Assembly: GCA_964579955.1 (NCBI GenBank)
Contig: CAZOJA010000001.1
Coordinates: 1 to 53,570 of the forward strand
Reading direction: 5' to 3'
DNA from: an uncultured Veillonellaceae bacterium
GTDB lineage: Bacteria > Bacillota > Negativicutes > UBA1444
DNA length: 53,570 nt
Shown here: positions 36,376 to 48,289 of the stretch, one piece after another
Layout of the letters: the number at the start of each line of letters is the position of its first letter
Numbering within the stretch: the stretch's first letter is position 1
Notes under the pieces: generated by a model
Told to the model about the DNA's origin: nothing
The model's database searches: none
The model's input: only the letters and a program-made list of their open reading frames with translations
Position numbers and translations under genes: made by a program

Positions 36376-36540
36376 ACTTTCACCTCCTGATAATAGAATG
36401 CCGCACACTGCATTCAGTATATTATAGCTTAATTTTACGATTCCAACAATCGGTCGCGTTCACCGCACTATCCGGCTTTGCAATATAGGATAGTTTTCGG
36501 TGTTGGTCCGGATCCGCTGTCCAATAATCAATCGGTATAA

Positions 36541-38025
36541 TTATAAGGTGACCCCATGCTTGAAAATCGTTATATCTCGAAAGCCCAGTTGTTCGGAGCG
36601 CGTTTTTTTGCCGGACGCGACAGCCAATACGAAATCCATCAGCTCGTCGGCCAATGCATCCATATTGCCTTCGGTCAGCAATCGTCCGGCATCGAAATCC
36701 AGCCATAACTGTTTACGCTGATACAACTCGCTGTTGGTCGAGATTTTTATTGTCGGCGACATCGTGCCTAACGGGGTTCCGCGACCTGTCGTAAACAAAA
36801 GCATCTGACAACCTGCTGCAGTCAGGGCCGTGGCGGCTACGGCGTCGTTGCCCGGTCCGCTCAGCAGGCTGAGTCCTTTGGTTTTGACAATATCCGCATA
36901 TTGCAACACATCGACGACATTGCTGGTCCCCCCTTTTTGGGTGCAACCGAGCGATTTTTCTTCCAATGTGGAAATGCCGCCTTTTTTGTTGCCGGGCGCC
37001 GGATTTTCATAGATGGGTTGATTGTGAGAAATGAAGTATTGCTTAAAGTCATTGATCAGGTGGACGATGTCTTGAAAGATGGATTCATTACTGGCCCGAT
37101 TCATTAATATCGATTCGGCGCCGAACATTTCCGGCACTTCAGTCAGAACCGTGCTGCCTCCCATGGCAATAATCCGGTCGGAAAATACGCCGACCAACGG
37201 ATTGCCGGTGATCCCGGAAAAACCGTCGGAACCGCCGCATTTCAAACCGACAACCAGATCTGACGCTGAACAGACGACGCGTTTCGTTTGCGATACCGTA
37301 TCCGCAAGTTGACAAACCAGACGGACTCCGTCAGCAATTTCATCTTCCACCGCCTGCGCCTCAAGAAAGCTTACCCGCTTCGAATCAACAGGTCCCAATA
37401 TCTGCTTGAATTCAGCGATATGGTTGTTTTCACAACCCAGTCCGAGGACCAGTACCGCGGCCGCATTGGGATGGTTGACCAGGTTGGCCAGAATTCGCTG
37501 CGTGGTTCGGTGATCCTCACCCATTTGTGAACAACCATAGGGATGTTTGACCTCATAAACTCCGTCAATCGCTGCAACGTCTTTCAGCTGTTCGCCAGCC
37601 AGGCGGGCAATCAGTTCCGCGTTGCGGCTGACGCAGGTTACGGTGGGAATGATCCAGATCTCGTTGCGTATGCCAACCCTGCCGTCACTGCGGCGATACC
37701 CCATGAACGTTTTTGCCGGCAAGGAAGGAAACTCGCGCAACGTTGGACGATATTCGTAACTGAGGAGTTCGCCGAGGCCTGTCGAAAGGTTGTGGGTGTG
37801 TACCCAGTCGCCGGCCTTTATTGGCGCTGTCGTAAACCCGATCGGGAACCCGTATTTTATCACCGGCGCTCCTGCCGGAATATCGGCCATGGCAATTTTG
37901 TGGCCTTTGTCAATGTCATTATTTGCTTTCATTCTGCCGGTTGGCGTTTCCAGTTCGTCACCGCTGCAAACCGGCGACAGCAAAACTGCCACGTTATCCG
38001 TCGGGTGAATCTGAAACAAAGCCAT
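36541..38025 (-). CDS. uxaA: Altronate dehydratase family protein (UxaA/GarD type)
   Basis: N-terminal SAF-like segment (IHPTDNVAV...G..I..G) and a large UxaA C-domain. The start could be ATG 38025 or TTG 38031. Confidence 0.8.
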   Translation of the reverse strand: MALFQIHPTDNVAVLLSPVCSGDELETPTGRMKANNDIDKGHKIAMADIPAGAPVIKYGFPIGFTTAPIKAGDWVHTHNLSTGLGELLSYEYRPTLREFPSLPAKTFMGYRRSDGRVGIRNEIWIIPTVTCVSRNAELIARLAGEQLKDVAAIDGVYEVKHPYGCSQMGEDHRTTQRILANLVNHPNAAAVLVLGLGCENNHIAEFKQILGPVDSKRVSFLEAQAVEDEIADGVRLVCQLADTVSQTKRVVCSASDLVVGLKCGGSDGFSGITGNPLVGVFSDRIIAMGGSTVLTEVPEMFGAESILMNRASNESIFQDIVHLINDFKQYFISHNQPIYENPAPGNKKGGISTLEEKSLGCTQKGGTSNVVDVLQYADIVKTKGLSLLSGPGNDAVAATALTAAGCQMLLFTTGRGTPLGTMSPTIKISTNSELYQRKQLWLDFDAGRLLTEGNMDALADELMDFVLAVASGKKTRSEQLGFRDITIFKHGVTL

Positions 38026-38037
38026 CGTCAAATCACG

Positions 38038-39453
38038 CTAGCTTCCGCTCAGCTCAACGCCGAAATATCGGCGGGCGTTTTCATAACAGATATCTTGCAC
38101 CATCTTGCCCAATAGGTCGAGATCGTTAGGGGCCTCCCCCGCTTCCACCCATTCGCCGATCATGTTGCAGAGTATCCGTCGGAAATAGTCATGCCGGGTA
38201 TAAGACAAAAAACTGCGCGAATCGGTCAGCATGCCGATGAACCGGCTGAGCAGGCCGACATTGGCCAAAGCGGTCATCTGTCGGATCATACCGTCTTTTT
38301 GGTCGTTGTACCACCAACCCGACCCAAACTGGATTTTTCCGACCACTCCGCCTTCCTGGAAACAACCGGCCAACGAGGCAAGCATTTCATTGTCGCGAGG
38401 GTTCAGGCAGTACAAAACCGTTTTGGGCAGTTCCGACGAGCTGTCCAACGCGTCCAGGAAACGGGCCAATGCGACCCCGTAGGTATAATCGGCAATTGCG
38501 TCAAAGCCGGTGTCCGGTCCCAATTCTTGCAACATGCGGCTGCGGCTGTTGCGAATCACGCCGACGTGCAGCTGCATGACCCAGCCCAAACGGGCATACT
38601 GGCGACCCAGGAACAGCAAGATGAAGGTCTTGAATTTTTGGTTTTCAGATTCATCTGTCGCTTTACCATCAAGGGCTTTCCGCAGGATTGCATCGACTTC
38701 GTCCGCAGTTGCATCGGCAAACACGACAGGGTCCAGTGCATGGTCGGATACGCGGCAACCGACCTGATGGAAGAACTCCAAACGTTGTTGCAGCGCTGAC
38801 AACAAATGATCGAGCGACTGGATTTTCAATCCGGCCGCCTGGCCCAACTTGCCGATATATTCGACGAATCCGGCCTTATCGATATTAAAGCTCTTGTCCG
38901 GTCGAAATGCCGGCAACACTTTCACAGGGAAGGTTCCTTCCCGGGCAATCTGGAGGTGGTGTTCCAGTGAATCCGCCGGATCGTCGGTTGTACAAAGCGC
39001 AGTGACATTGGACCGAACGATCAGACTACGGGCTGTAAATTCATCTGTTTGCAGCAATTCGTTCGCCGTGTTCCAGATTTGTTCGGCGGTAGCCGGAGAT
39101 AATAGCAGATCGATGCCGAAAAAGGATTTCAATTCCTGATGCGCCCAGTGATAAAGCGGATTGCCGATGCATTGGGGAATGGTTTCCGCCCACTTGAAGA
39201 ATTTTTCCTTATCCGGCGCATCGCCGGTTATATAGCGTTCTTCCACGCCGCAGGCCCGCATGGCCCGCCATTTGTAATGGTCGCCGCCGAGCCAGATTTC
39301 GGTGATGTTGCGATATTTCTTATTGCCGGCAATTTCGGCAGGGTTCAGATGGCAATGGAAATCAAAAATAGGCATTGCTTTGGCGTAATTCTGATATAGT
39401 GCTTCGGCAGTGGGATTCAACAGCAGAAAATGATCATCAAGAAATTGTTTCAT
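38038..39453 (-). CDS. uxaC: Glucuronate isomerase
   Basis: Start ATG 39453 after CAGGAGG. MKQFLDDHFLL.N..A..LY......PIFDFHCHL is the canonical UxaC N-terminus. Confidence 0.9.
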   Translation of the reverse strand: MKQFLDDHFLLLNPTAEALYQNYAKAMPIFDFHCHLNPAEIAGNKKYRNITEIWLGGDHYKWRAMRACGVEERYITGDAPDKEKFFKWAETIPQCIGNPLYHWAHQELKSFFGIDLLLSPATAEQIWNTANELLQTDEFTARSLIVRSNVTALCTTDDPADSLEHHLQIAREGTFPVKVLPAFRPDKSFNIDKAGFVEYIGKLGQAAGLKIQSLDHLLSALQQRLEFFHQVGCRVSDHALDPVVFADATADEVDAILRKALDGKATDESENQKFKTFILLFLGRQYARLGWVMQLHVGVIRNSRSRMLQELGPDTGFDAIADYTYGVALARFLDALDSSSELPKTVLYCLNPRDNEMLASLAGCFQEGGVVGKIQFGSGWWYNDQKDGMIRQMTALANVGLLSRFIGMLTDSRSFLSYTRHDYFRRILCNMIGEWVEAGEAPNDLDLLGKMVQDICYENARRYFGVELSGS

Positions 39454-39477
39454 GGTTTGCCTCCTGCACAACAATAT

Positions 39478-41031
39478 TTATATTTTTTCTTTCAACAAAC
39501 GGACATGTTTGCCGATATGAGCCGTCAGAACATTGGCATATTCCTGTTCATGCCGATTCCACAATTGGTAGAGCCGGTCCCGGAACAGGCGATTTCCGGC
39601 GGCATCCTTGTCCGTCAGGATGTAGCCATAGGTGATGTGCAATAGTTGGCGGGCGTCCGGTTCGTTGAGCAGCCGCTCCAGCTCATTGTCCGGCAGGCTG
39701 TTGACGTCCGGGACTTTGCTCAGATCGGTTGTGACATGATAGAACTTTGTTGCATCATTGAAACGAGCCAGGGCGAAACGACACAATTCGCGGAAGAAAC
39801 CCGGCTCTTTGCGGCAGATGACCCTGAGTGCCTCAAGCCAATTGGTGCCGGCGGTCTTGACATGAACCCGGCCTTTGGTATATTGCCCGATGATTGGAAA
39901 AACGCTGAACTTATCGCTGCCTGAATGGATGCTGAGGCGATAGCCGAAGTGATCGGCAATCGCGGCATGGATGGCAAACTCGGCTTCGAATCTGGCCAGG
40001 TCGCCAATGTAGTCGATCGCTTTCTGGAATTCGCCGCAGAAACGCGGCGCCAGACTGCAAAGAACGATCCCCGCCTTTTGCATTTCCGCCGCCATGAAAT
40101 AATGGGCGGCCGGAGTGGTCGGGGTAGCCGTTTCATCGATGGAGAGCTCAAAGTCGACCGGTTGTTGCTGAGGCTTGATGTATTTGGCGTCAATGTCACG
40201 GATGAAAGCCAGGGTTTCGCCATAGGTTAGAAGGATTTCCTGCAGTTCCTCCGCAGTGAAATGCACCGAAGAGGCACCGACACGAAACGTCTGATTCAAA
40301 TAGGCGGTTTCCATGGTGGCGCGAAAACCAGCCGGTAGTGCCTGGTAACGTGAGCAACGTTCCGCATTGCTCAGACTGGCGACACTGCCGTCGATCTTTT
40401 CCGAGCAATCCAGGGTGATCATCGAGAAACCCAATTCAAGCGCCAATTGTATATCTTCGGGACGTTTCAGATGATCGCCGTCTGCGCCGAACCCTTCGTG
40501 AAACCCCTCCTGCAAAACGGCCCAGGAAGCCGCATCCAGAACATCCGCATAAGTCCGTTCGGTCAGAGTCAGTTCGCGGATGGACTGTTGGGCCAAGACC
40601 GGACGAATCCCCGATCCGGCCAGGCAACGTAGATGTCCTGGTGACGCCAGGCCCAACCGGTCGCCCAACCCGAGGCTGAAACTGTTGCGACCGAATGCGA
40701 CCGGTTTCATAAACGACAGGTGTTGTCGAAGCAAGCAGGCATTTTCTGCTGACAATGACGCGATTTTGACTGCCTTTCCCGCCACGTCCCCTGTTTCCTC
40801 TGCCTGCAAAGTCGAAAACAGTTTCGAGTCAGATTGCGCAACCGCAAGTAGTTTTTTCTCTCCCTTGACCCGGGCCAAAAAAACGACACAATGATCCACC
40901 GCATGCAAGGATGACGGATAGAACGTTTCTCCCTCTCCCGCATCGTCACGACAAAGACCGCTCTTTGTTTCTGCTAAGTCAAATTCGTTCTCAATCAATT
41001 TGGTGACGACGGTCTGCCAATTTACTTTCAT
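39478..41031 (-). CDS. uxaE: Tagaturonate/fructuronate epimerase UxaE
   Basis: GLGDRLG...PVLAQQSIRE...GFGADGDHLK...SIDETATPT...SIHSGSDKFSV...HVKTAGT matches my recollection of the Thermotoga UxaE family. The start ATG 41031/41034 follows GGAGG. Confidence 0.75.
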   Translation of the reverse strand: MKVNWQTVVTKLIENEFDLAETKSGLCRDDAGEGETFYPSSLHAVDHCVVFLARVKGEKKLLAVAQSDSKLFSTLQAEETGDVAGKAVKIASLSAENACLLRQHLSFMKPVAFGRNSFSLGLGDRLGLASPGHLRCLAGSGIRPVLAQQSIRELTLTERTYADVLDAASWAVLQEGFHEGFGADGDHLKRPEDIQLALELGFSMITLDCSEKIDGSVASLSNAERCSRYQALPAGFRATMETAYLNQTFRVGASSVHFTAEELQEILLTYGETLAFIRDIDAKYIKPQQQPVDFELSIDETATPTTPAAHYFMAAEMQKAGIVLCSLAPRFCGEFQKAIDYIGDLARFEAEFAIHAAIADHFGYRLSIHSGSDKFSVFPIIGQYTKGRVHVKTAGTNWLEALRVICRKEPGFFRELCRFALARFNDATKFYHVTTDLSKVPDVNSLPDNELERLLNEPDARQLLHITYGYILTDKDAAGNRLFRDRLYQLWNRHEQEYANVLTAHIGKHVRLLKEKI

Positions 41032-41206
41032 CATTACCCTCCAGCTCTTGTTTTCGCCGATGACGAAGCTCATGAGGTTAATTATTCTCTATAAAAAAAA
41101 GATTCCCTTCGAATTATCCGACGAATAGAAAATTTCTTTGATTCTCAGACGATGTGTGCTGAAAATGTAGGTTACAGACAATCCGATGACGAGTTAGAAC
41201 TGTTAT

Positions 41207-41218
41207 GAACATTTGTTC
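41207..41218. promoter_or_regulatory. Perfect GAAC-N4-GTTC palindrome (GAACATTTGTTC) upstream of uxaE
   Basis: Read directly from the sequence. It matches the Cheo/LexA box core, but it could equally be the operator of another dimeric regulator or a chance match. Confidence 0.3.
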
Positions 41219-41289
41219 TTTTTGGTACCGAGATATGGCGAGAAAATATATTCTCCGCTGTCAATTTACGGAAAGAATGAAATAATAAT

Positions 41290-41324
41290 CCCGGCAAATC
41301 CTTACCCATCAAGGATTTGCCGGG
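41290..41324 (-). terminator. Intrinsic terminator after the Mo-hydroxylase operon
   Basis: On the minus strand: CCCGGCAAATCCTT-GATGGGT-AAGGATTTGCCGGG followed by ATTATTATTT. Confidence 0.7.
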
Positions 41325-41347
41325 AACAAAACAAATGTTTCTTATTA

Positions 41348-43633
41348 TTACTTCCGTTTCTGTTGCATGCCGAGGAATACTTTTTCCGGTGTGACCGGCA
41401 GATCGGTTACCTGGACTCCCACCGCGTTGTAAATTGCTGCGACGATGGCCGGGGCTGGCGTGTTGATAACCACTTCGCCGACCGATTTTGCCCCGAACGG
41501 GCCCGTCGGTTCATAGCTCTCTTCAAATGCGACCCTGATGGTGCCGATGTCGCCGCGACCAGGAATCTTGTAGGTCATGAACGAGTTGGACTGCAGATTG
41601 CCTTTTTTGTCATACAGAACGTCTTCGAACAGCGCCATGCCGATCCCCTGAACGATGCCGCCTTCGGTCTGCACCCTGGCCAATGCCGGATTGATGACGG
41701 TGCCGCAATCGACGACCGCAACGAAATCGAGCAAGGTAACCTTGCCGGTTTCCTTATCGACTTCGACTTCAGCAAAACCAGCGACGAACGGTGGCGGAGA
41801 AACCGGACTGCCAAACGTTGCGTAAGCCGAAAGTTGGCGATGATCCGGACCGACCACGGCAGCGGCAGCGATGTTGGCGATGCTTACCGTCTTGCCCGAA
41901 GACGGGTCGAAGCATTGATCACCGACAAGTTCCAATTGAGCAGCGGGTGTTTGTAGCACATTGGCAGCTTGTTCAAGAATCTTGTCGCGCAATTCTTCTG
42001 CGGCCTTCTTCAGCGCCATGCCTGTGACATAGGTAGTACTGGAGGCGTAGGAGCCGGGGTCAAACGGTGACACATCGGTATCAGCGGCATGAATGATGAA
42101 CTGCCCCATTTCCGCATTCAGCACTTCCGCCGCCATTTGCAACAAAATCGTGTCACTGCCTGTTCCCATATCTGTCGACCCGACAAGAACCGTATAAAAG
42201 CCATCATCGTTCAGCCGGATTTCCGCCGAGGCGGTATCGATATTGGCAATTCCCGATCCCTGCATGGTCACGGCCATTCCGACCGCACGCACCTTGCTGC
42301 CCAGTTCTGTCCGGGGGAATTTCTCATCCCAACCGATCATGGCCTTACCGGTTTCTATGCAGCGATGCAGGGCGGAGCTGCCTAGCTTCTTGCCTTTGTA
42401 ATAAAGCGCGGTTTCTGTTTCACGGATCAGGTTCTTCAGCCGGAGTTCAGTCGGGTCGATTCCCAGTTCCGCCGCCAGTTTGTTGACCGTCGACTCCTGG
42501 ACGAAGGTTCCTTGGGTCGCGCCATAACCACGCAAGGCACCTCCCGGCAATTTGTTGGTGTACACGGCATGGCCCTGATAGCGGATCGCATGGGTTTTGT
42601 TATACAATGGCATCGTTTTGTCGCCGATTACTGCGAAAACGGTGGGCGCATGCTCACCGTAAGCACCGGTGTCGGATAACCCGACGATATCGATGGCCCG
42701 GATGATCCCGTCACTGGTGGCGCCCATACGCACCTTGAATTCGGTGGCATGACGACTGTTCGATGCGATGAAGGTCTCCTTGCGCTCATAGACGATTTTT
42801 GCCGGCTTGCCTGTTCTCAATGTCACGATGGCTGGATATACCTCGCAGACACCGGACTGTTTGGCGCCAAAACCGCCGCCGATTCTCGGCTTGATGACAC
42901 GGATGCGAGTGGCAGGTATTTGCAAGGCACGAGCCAATTGGCGACGAACATGGAACGGAATCTGGGTCGAACTGATTACGACCAGCCTGCCGGCCTGGTC
43001 CAGATAACTGAAACTTCGGAAGGTTTCCATCATGGCCTGGGCCTGTGCCTGGGTTCGGTAGCTTTCTTCGACGACAACGTCGCACTGGGCCAGTTCCGCT
43101 TCCAGATCTCCGATCACTACCGTGTGGCTGGCAGCGATATTGCGTTTTTGATCCAGACCGATCGGGAAATTGCAGTGCAAATCACTTTCCGGGTGCACGA
43201 CAGAGGCATGATCGATTGCCGAAGCCAGCTCCAACACCGGTTCAAACACTTCATAATCGACCTTGATCAAATCTAGTGCGGCGAGAGCTGTTTTTTCGTC
43301 GATCGCGGCGACGATCGCCACTTCATCTCCCACGTAGCGCACGATTGGATCGAGGATCAGGCGGTCATATGGCGACGGCTCGGGAAACGACTGACCGGCC
43401 TTAGTGAAACGGACCTGGGGAACATCCTTGTGTGTCAGGATGCACTCGACGCCGGCTAATTGCATTGCCGCTTCCACTTCAATCGATTTTATCCGGGCGA
43501 AGGCGTGCGGACTACGCAACAGTTTGACAACCAAAGTGCCCGGCACGGTCAGGTCTTCCGTGTAGAGCGGTTTGCCGGTGGCGATTGCCAGCCCGTCGAT
43601 CTTACTGACGCTTTTGCCGACCCATTTCATCAC
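41348..43633 (-). CDS. Xanthine dehydrogenase-family molybdopterin-binding (large) subunit
   Basis: 761 aa with aldehyde oxidase/XDH a/b-hammerhead and MoCo-binding regions (GGGFG, ...GQGS-like, EVEVD..TG). Confidence 0.9.
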   Translation of the reverse strand: MMKWVGKSVSKIDGLAIATGKPLYTEDLTVPGTLVVKLLRSPHAFARIKSIEVEAAMQLAGVECILTHKDVPQVRFTKAGQSFPEPSPYDRLILDPIVRYVGDEVAIVAAIDEKTALAALDLIKVDYEVFEPVLELASAIDHASVVHPESDLHCNFPIGLDQKRNIAASHTVVIGDLEAELAQCDVVVEESYRTQAQAQAMMETFRSFSYLDQAGRLVVISSTQIPFHVRRQLARALQIPATRIRVIKPRIGGGFGAKQSGVCEVYPAIVTLRTGKPAKIVYERKETFIASNSRHATEFKVRMGATSDGIIRAIDIVGLSDTGAYGEHAPTVFAVIGDKTMPLYNKTHAIRYQGHAVYTNKLPGGALRGYGATQGTFVQESTVNKLAAELGIDPTELRLKNLIRETETALYYKGKKLGSSALHRCIETGKAMIGWDEKFPRTELGSKVRAVGMAVTMQGSGIANIDTASAEIRLNDDGFYTVLVGSTDMGTGSDTILLQMAAEVLNAEMGQFIIHAADTDVSPFDPGSYASSTTYVTGMALKKAAEELRDKILEQAANVLQTPAAQLELVGDQCFDPSSGKTVSIANIAAAAVVGPDHRQLSAYATFGSPVSPPPFVAGFAEVEVDKETGKVTLLDFVAVVDCGTVINPALARVQTEGGIVQGIGMALFEDVLYDKKGNLQSNSFMTYKIPGRGDIGTIRVAFEESYEPTGPFGAKSVGEVVINTPAPAIVAAIYNAVGVQVTDLPVTPEKVFLGMQQKRK

Positions 43634-44082
43634 GCCTCACCTCCCAAGTAGGTCTTGATTGCGCGCATCTGCCCCATATAGCCGGTACAACGGCAGAGAT
43701 TCCCGGCTAGATAATGCTGGATTTGCGCGTCACTGGGATGCTTCAGTTCCTGTTTCATCGCGATGACCGTCATGATAAAGCCTGGACTGCAAAAACCGCA
43801 CTGTTCCGCTCCCTCGGCTGCTAATATCCGGGCGAACCTTTCTGCTTCAGGTTGAATTCCCTCAATCGTGGTGATTGATTTTCCCTCGGTGCGAAATGCC
43901 GGCATGGTGCAGGAGAGAACAGGACTACCATCAACCCAGACGCTGCACAGGCCGCAACAGGAAGTGTCACAGCCTTTGCGAATGCTGAGAAAACCCAGAC
44001 GACGAAGAGCCTCTGCCAACATTTCATCAGGCGCGGCGTCCAGTGCATAACTTTTTTGATTGATCTTCAATTCCAGTTTCAT
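43630..44082 (-). CDS. [2Fe-2S]-binding small subunit of the Mo-hydroxylase
   Basis: Start ATG 44082 after GAGGAGG, overlapping the upstream stop as ATGA. Has cysteine motifs CDTSCCGLC and CGFCSPG...CRCTGY. Confidence 0.9.
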   Translation of the reverse strand: MKLELKINQKSYALDAAPDEMLAEALRRLGFLSIRKGCDTSCCGLCSVWVDGSPVLSCTMPAFRTEGKSITTIEGIQPEAERFARILAAEGAEQCGFCSPGFIMTVIAMKQELKHPSDAQIQHYLAGNLCRCTGYMGQMRAIKTYLGGEA

Positions 44083-44870
44083 GCCAATACCTCCTCGATT
44101 GCCCGCTTCACCAACACTTGGCACATCGCCTGACGATATTCGGCAGAGGCCTTGTTATTACCGCCAAAGGACAACTCCGCGGCAGCCGCAGCAGCAGCCG
44201 CAACAGTGTCGACCGTGCCGTTCGTCGAATTTGCGAGCAGTTTTCCGGCCTGTACGGCGATTTCCGCGCGAGCCGGACGCGCTCCGACAATGACTTTCCA
44301 ATCAGAACCATGTCTTGACACCGCTGCATTGAGCAACGGAAAGTCGGCCCCGGCGTTTCTCAAATTCTGATAGGAAACACGCCGCTCATCTTTTGTTATG
44401 ATAATGCGGGTCAATACGTCACGCGCAATCGGTTTGCGCAGAAAATCCTCCACCGACATCCTGCCGCCGAAAAGCAGCTCCACTTGACTTTCCAGCGCCA
44501 ATAAGGCCGGCAGGATATCGGAAAAACCGTATTTTGCGTATACAGAAGCGCCGATGGTTGCGCTGCTGCGAAATTGGACGCCGAGAATATGGGAAACGGC
44601 TTTGGGCAAGACCCCATCAAACCATTGGTTCAAGGCTGGATAAAGCTCAATGTCGCGAAGTGTCACCATTGCTCCGAGTTCAATCTGTTGCTCCGTTTCA
44701 GTAATCATATCCAGCGCACAACGGGATAAATCCAGCGCAACGGAGATTTTTCGATTGCTCAGTTTGAGAAAACCGCAACCGCCCAAAATCGTTGCGTCGG
44801 GATGCTTGGCAAGCATTTGTTTGACTTCGGAAAGAGTCTGGGGCTGATACAACGTTTCTATAGTAAACAT
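44079..44870 (-). CDS. FAD-binding (medium, CoxM-like) subunit of the Mo-hydroxylase
   Basis: 263 aa. FAD_binding_5-like N-terminus (ATILGGCGF) and a CO-dehydrogenase flavoprotein C-domain-like tail (ASAEYRQAM). It is divergent from the textbook GGTDL motif. Confidence 0.75.
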   Translation of the reverse strand: MFTIETLYQPQTLSEVKQMLAKHPDATILGGCGFLKLSNRKISVALDLSRCALDMITETEQQIELGAMVTLRDIELYPALNQWFDGVLPKAVSHILGVQFRSSATIGASVYAKYGFSDILPALLALESQVELLFGGRMSVEDFLRKPIARDVLTRIIITKDERRVSYQNLRNAGADFPLLNAAVSRHGSDWKVIVGARPARAEIAVQAGKLLANSTNGTVDTVAAAAAAAAELSFGGNNKASAEYRQAMCQVLVKRAIEEVLA

Positions 44871-45034
44871 TTTGCCCTCCTAGCAGATTTTTTCATCATC
44901 TTCTTGTCTTGAAGCCGGTGCATCTCTGTTGCCATTATATCAAATCGGTGTCCTCGTCTGAACAGTTTTCTGGGGATTGGATTCGATCCAGGGCGCAGAT
45001 GACGAGGTTCGCGTCAGATGATATACTTTACATT

Positions 45035-47342
<2,308 letters not shown>

Positions 47343-47362
47343 CTACCTCCTCCGTCGTTACA

Positions 47363-48289
47363 TCAACGGATTTTTTTCAGGGAACCGATCAGTTGTTGCA
47401 TGTCCTGAGGCATCGTCGCGGAAAAACTCATGGACTGACCTGTGCGCGGATGCTTGAAATGAATTTCTGCCGAGTGCAGCGCTTGTCCTTTGATGCACTG
47501 CTCATGTTTCGCAGCACCGTATTTGGGGTCGCCGACAAGCGGATGCCCGATGGAGGCCATATGGACGCGGATCTGGTGCGTACGCCCGGTTTCCAGCCGG
47601 CAGGAAACGACGGTGTGCCGGGTCAGTCTTTCGATTACCTGAAAATGCGTGATTGCCGCTTTACCATGCTGTCGCACGACAGCCATTTTTTTTCGGTCCT
47701 GGGGATGCCGACCGATAGCTGCTTCGATCCGTCCGGAATCCAACGCCATGGTTCCCTGCACGACTGCCAGATAGATCCTGCCGGCCGAATGGCTGCGGAT
47801 TTGTTCGGCCAGCGACAGATGGGCCAGATCGGTCTTGGCTACAAGCATAAGGCCGGAAGTGTCCTTGTCCAGTCGATGAACGATGCCGGGGCGGACCACG
47901 CCGTTAATCCCTGATAGATCCGTACAGTGCGCCATCAGGGCATTAACCAGTGTTCCCTGCTGATTTCCCGCGGCCGGGTGAACGACCATGCCGCGTCGCT
48001 TGTTGATCACCAACAAATCATCATCTTCAAACACGATATCGAGCGGAATCGCTTCAGCGACGACGTGCGTCGTCTGCGGCGGCGGCAAGCAAATGGAGAC
48101 GATGTCGCCAACCTTTAATTTGTAGCCGGATTTATTCGGTATGCGTCCGTTTACCTCGATATTGCCATCCATGATCAGTTGTTGTATGCGGGAACGGTTC
48201 AGCTCCGGCAGTAGACCGGTCAGATACACGTCCAGCCGCTGTCCTTCCGCATCGGTGTTAGTCCGAAAACAGTTAACGACGCTGTTCAT
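47363..48289 (-). CDS. rluD: RluA-family 23S rRNA pseudouridine synthase (RluD type)
   Basis: S4 domain N-terminus and the catalytic HRLDKDTSG motif. Confidence 0.9.
   Translation of the reverse strand: MNSVVNCFRTNTDAEGQRLDVYLTGLLPELNRSRIQQLIMDGNIEVNGRIPNKSGYKLKVGDIVSICLPPPQTTHVVAEAIPLDIVFEDDDLLVINKRRGMVVHPAAGNQQGTLVNALMAHCTDLSGINGVVRPGIVHRLDKDTSGLMLVAKTDLAHLSLAEQIRSHSAGRIYLAVVQGTMALDSGRIEAAIGRHPQDRKKMAVVRQHGKAAITHFQVIERLTRHTVVSCRLETGRTHQIRVHMASIGHPLVGDPKYGAAKHEQCIKGQALHSAEIHFKHPRTGQSMSFSATMPQDMQQLIGSLKKIR

Noticed and set aside
41327-41340. A second LexA-like sequence, AAACAAATGTTT, at the 3' end of the Mo-subunit gene.
   Set aside because: Both half-sites are degenerate (AAAC/GTTT). It overlaps a coding 3' end and terminator flank and is most likely a chance match.
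41348-44870. Selenocysteine recoding (an in-frame TGA with a downstream hairpin) in the Mo-hydroxylase or elsewhere, prompted by the presence of selU.
   Set aside because: No pair of same-frame adjacent ORFs separated by a single TGA was seen. All family members in the window have normal full lengths.
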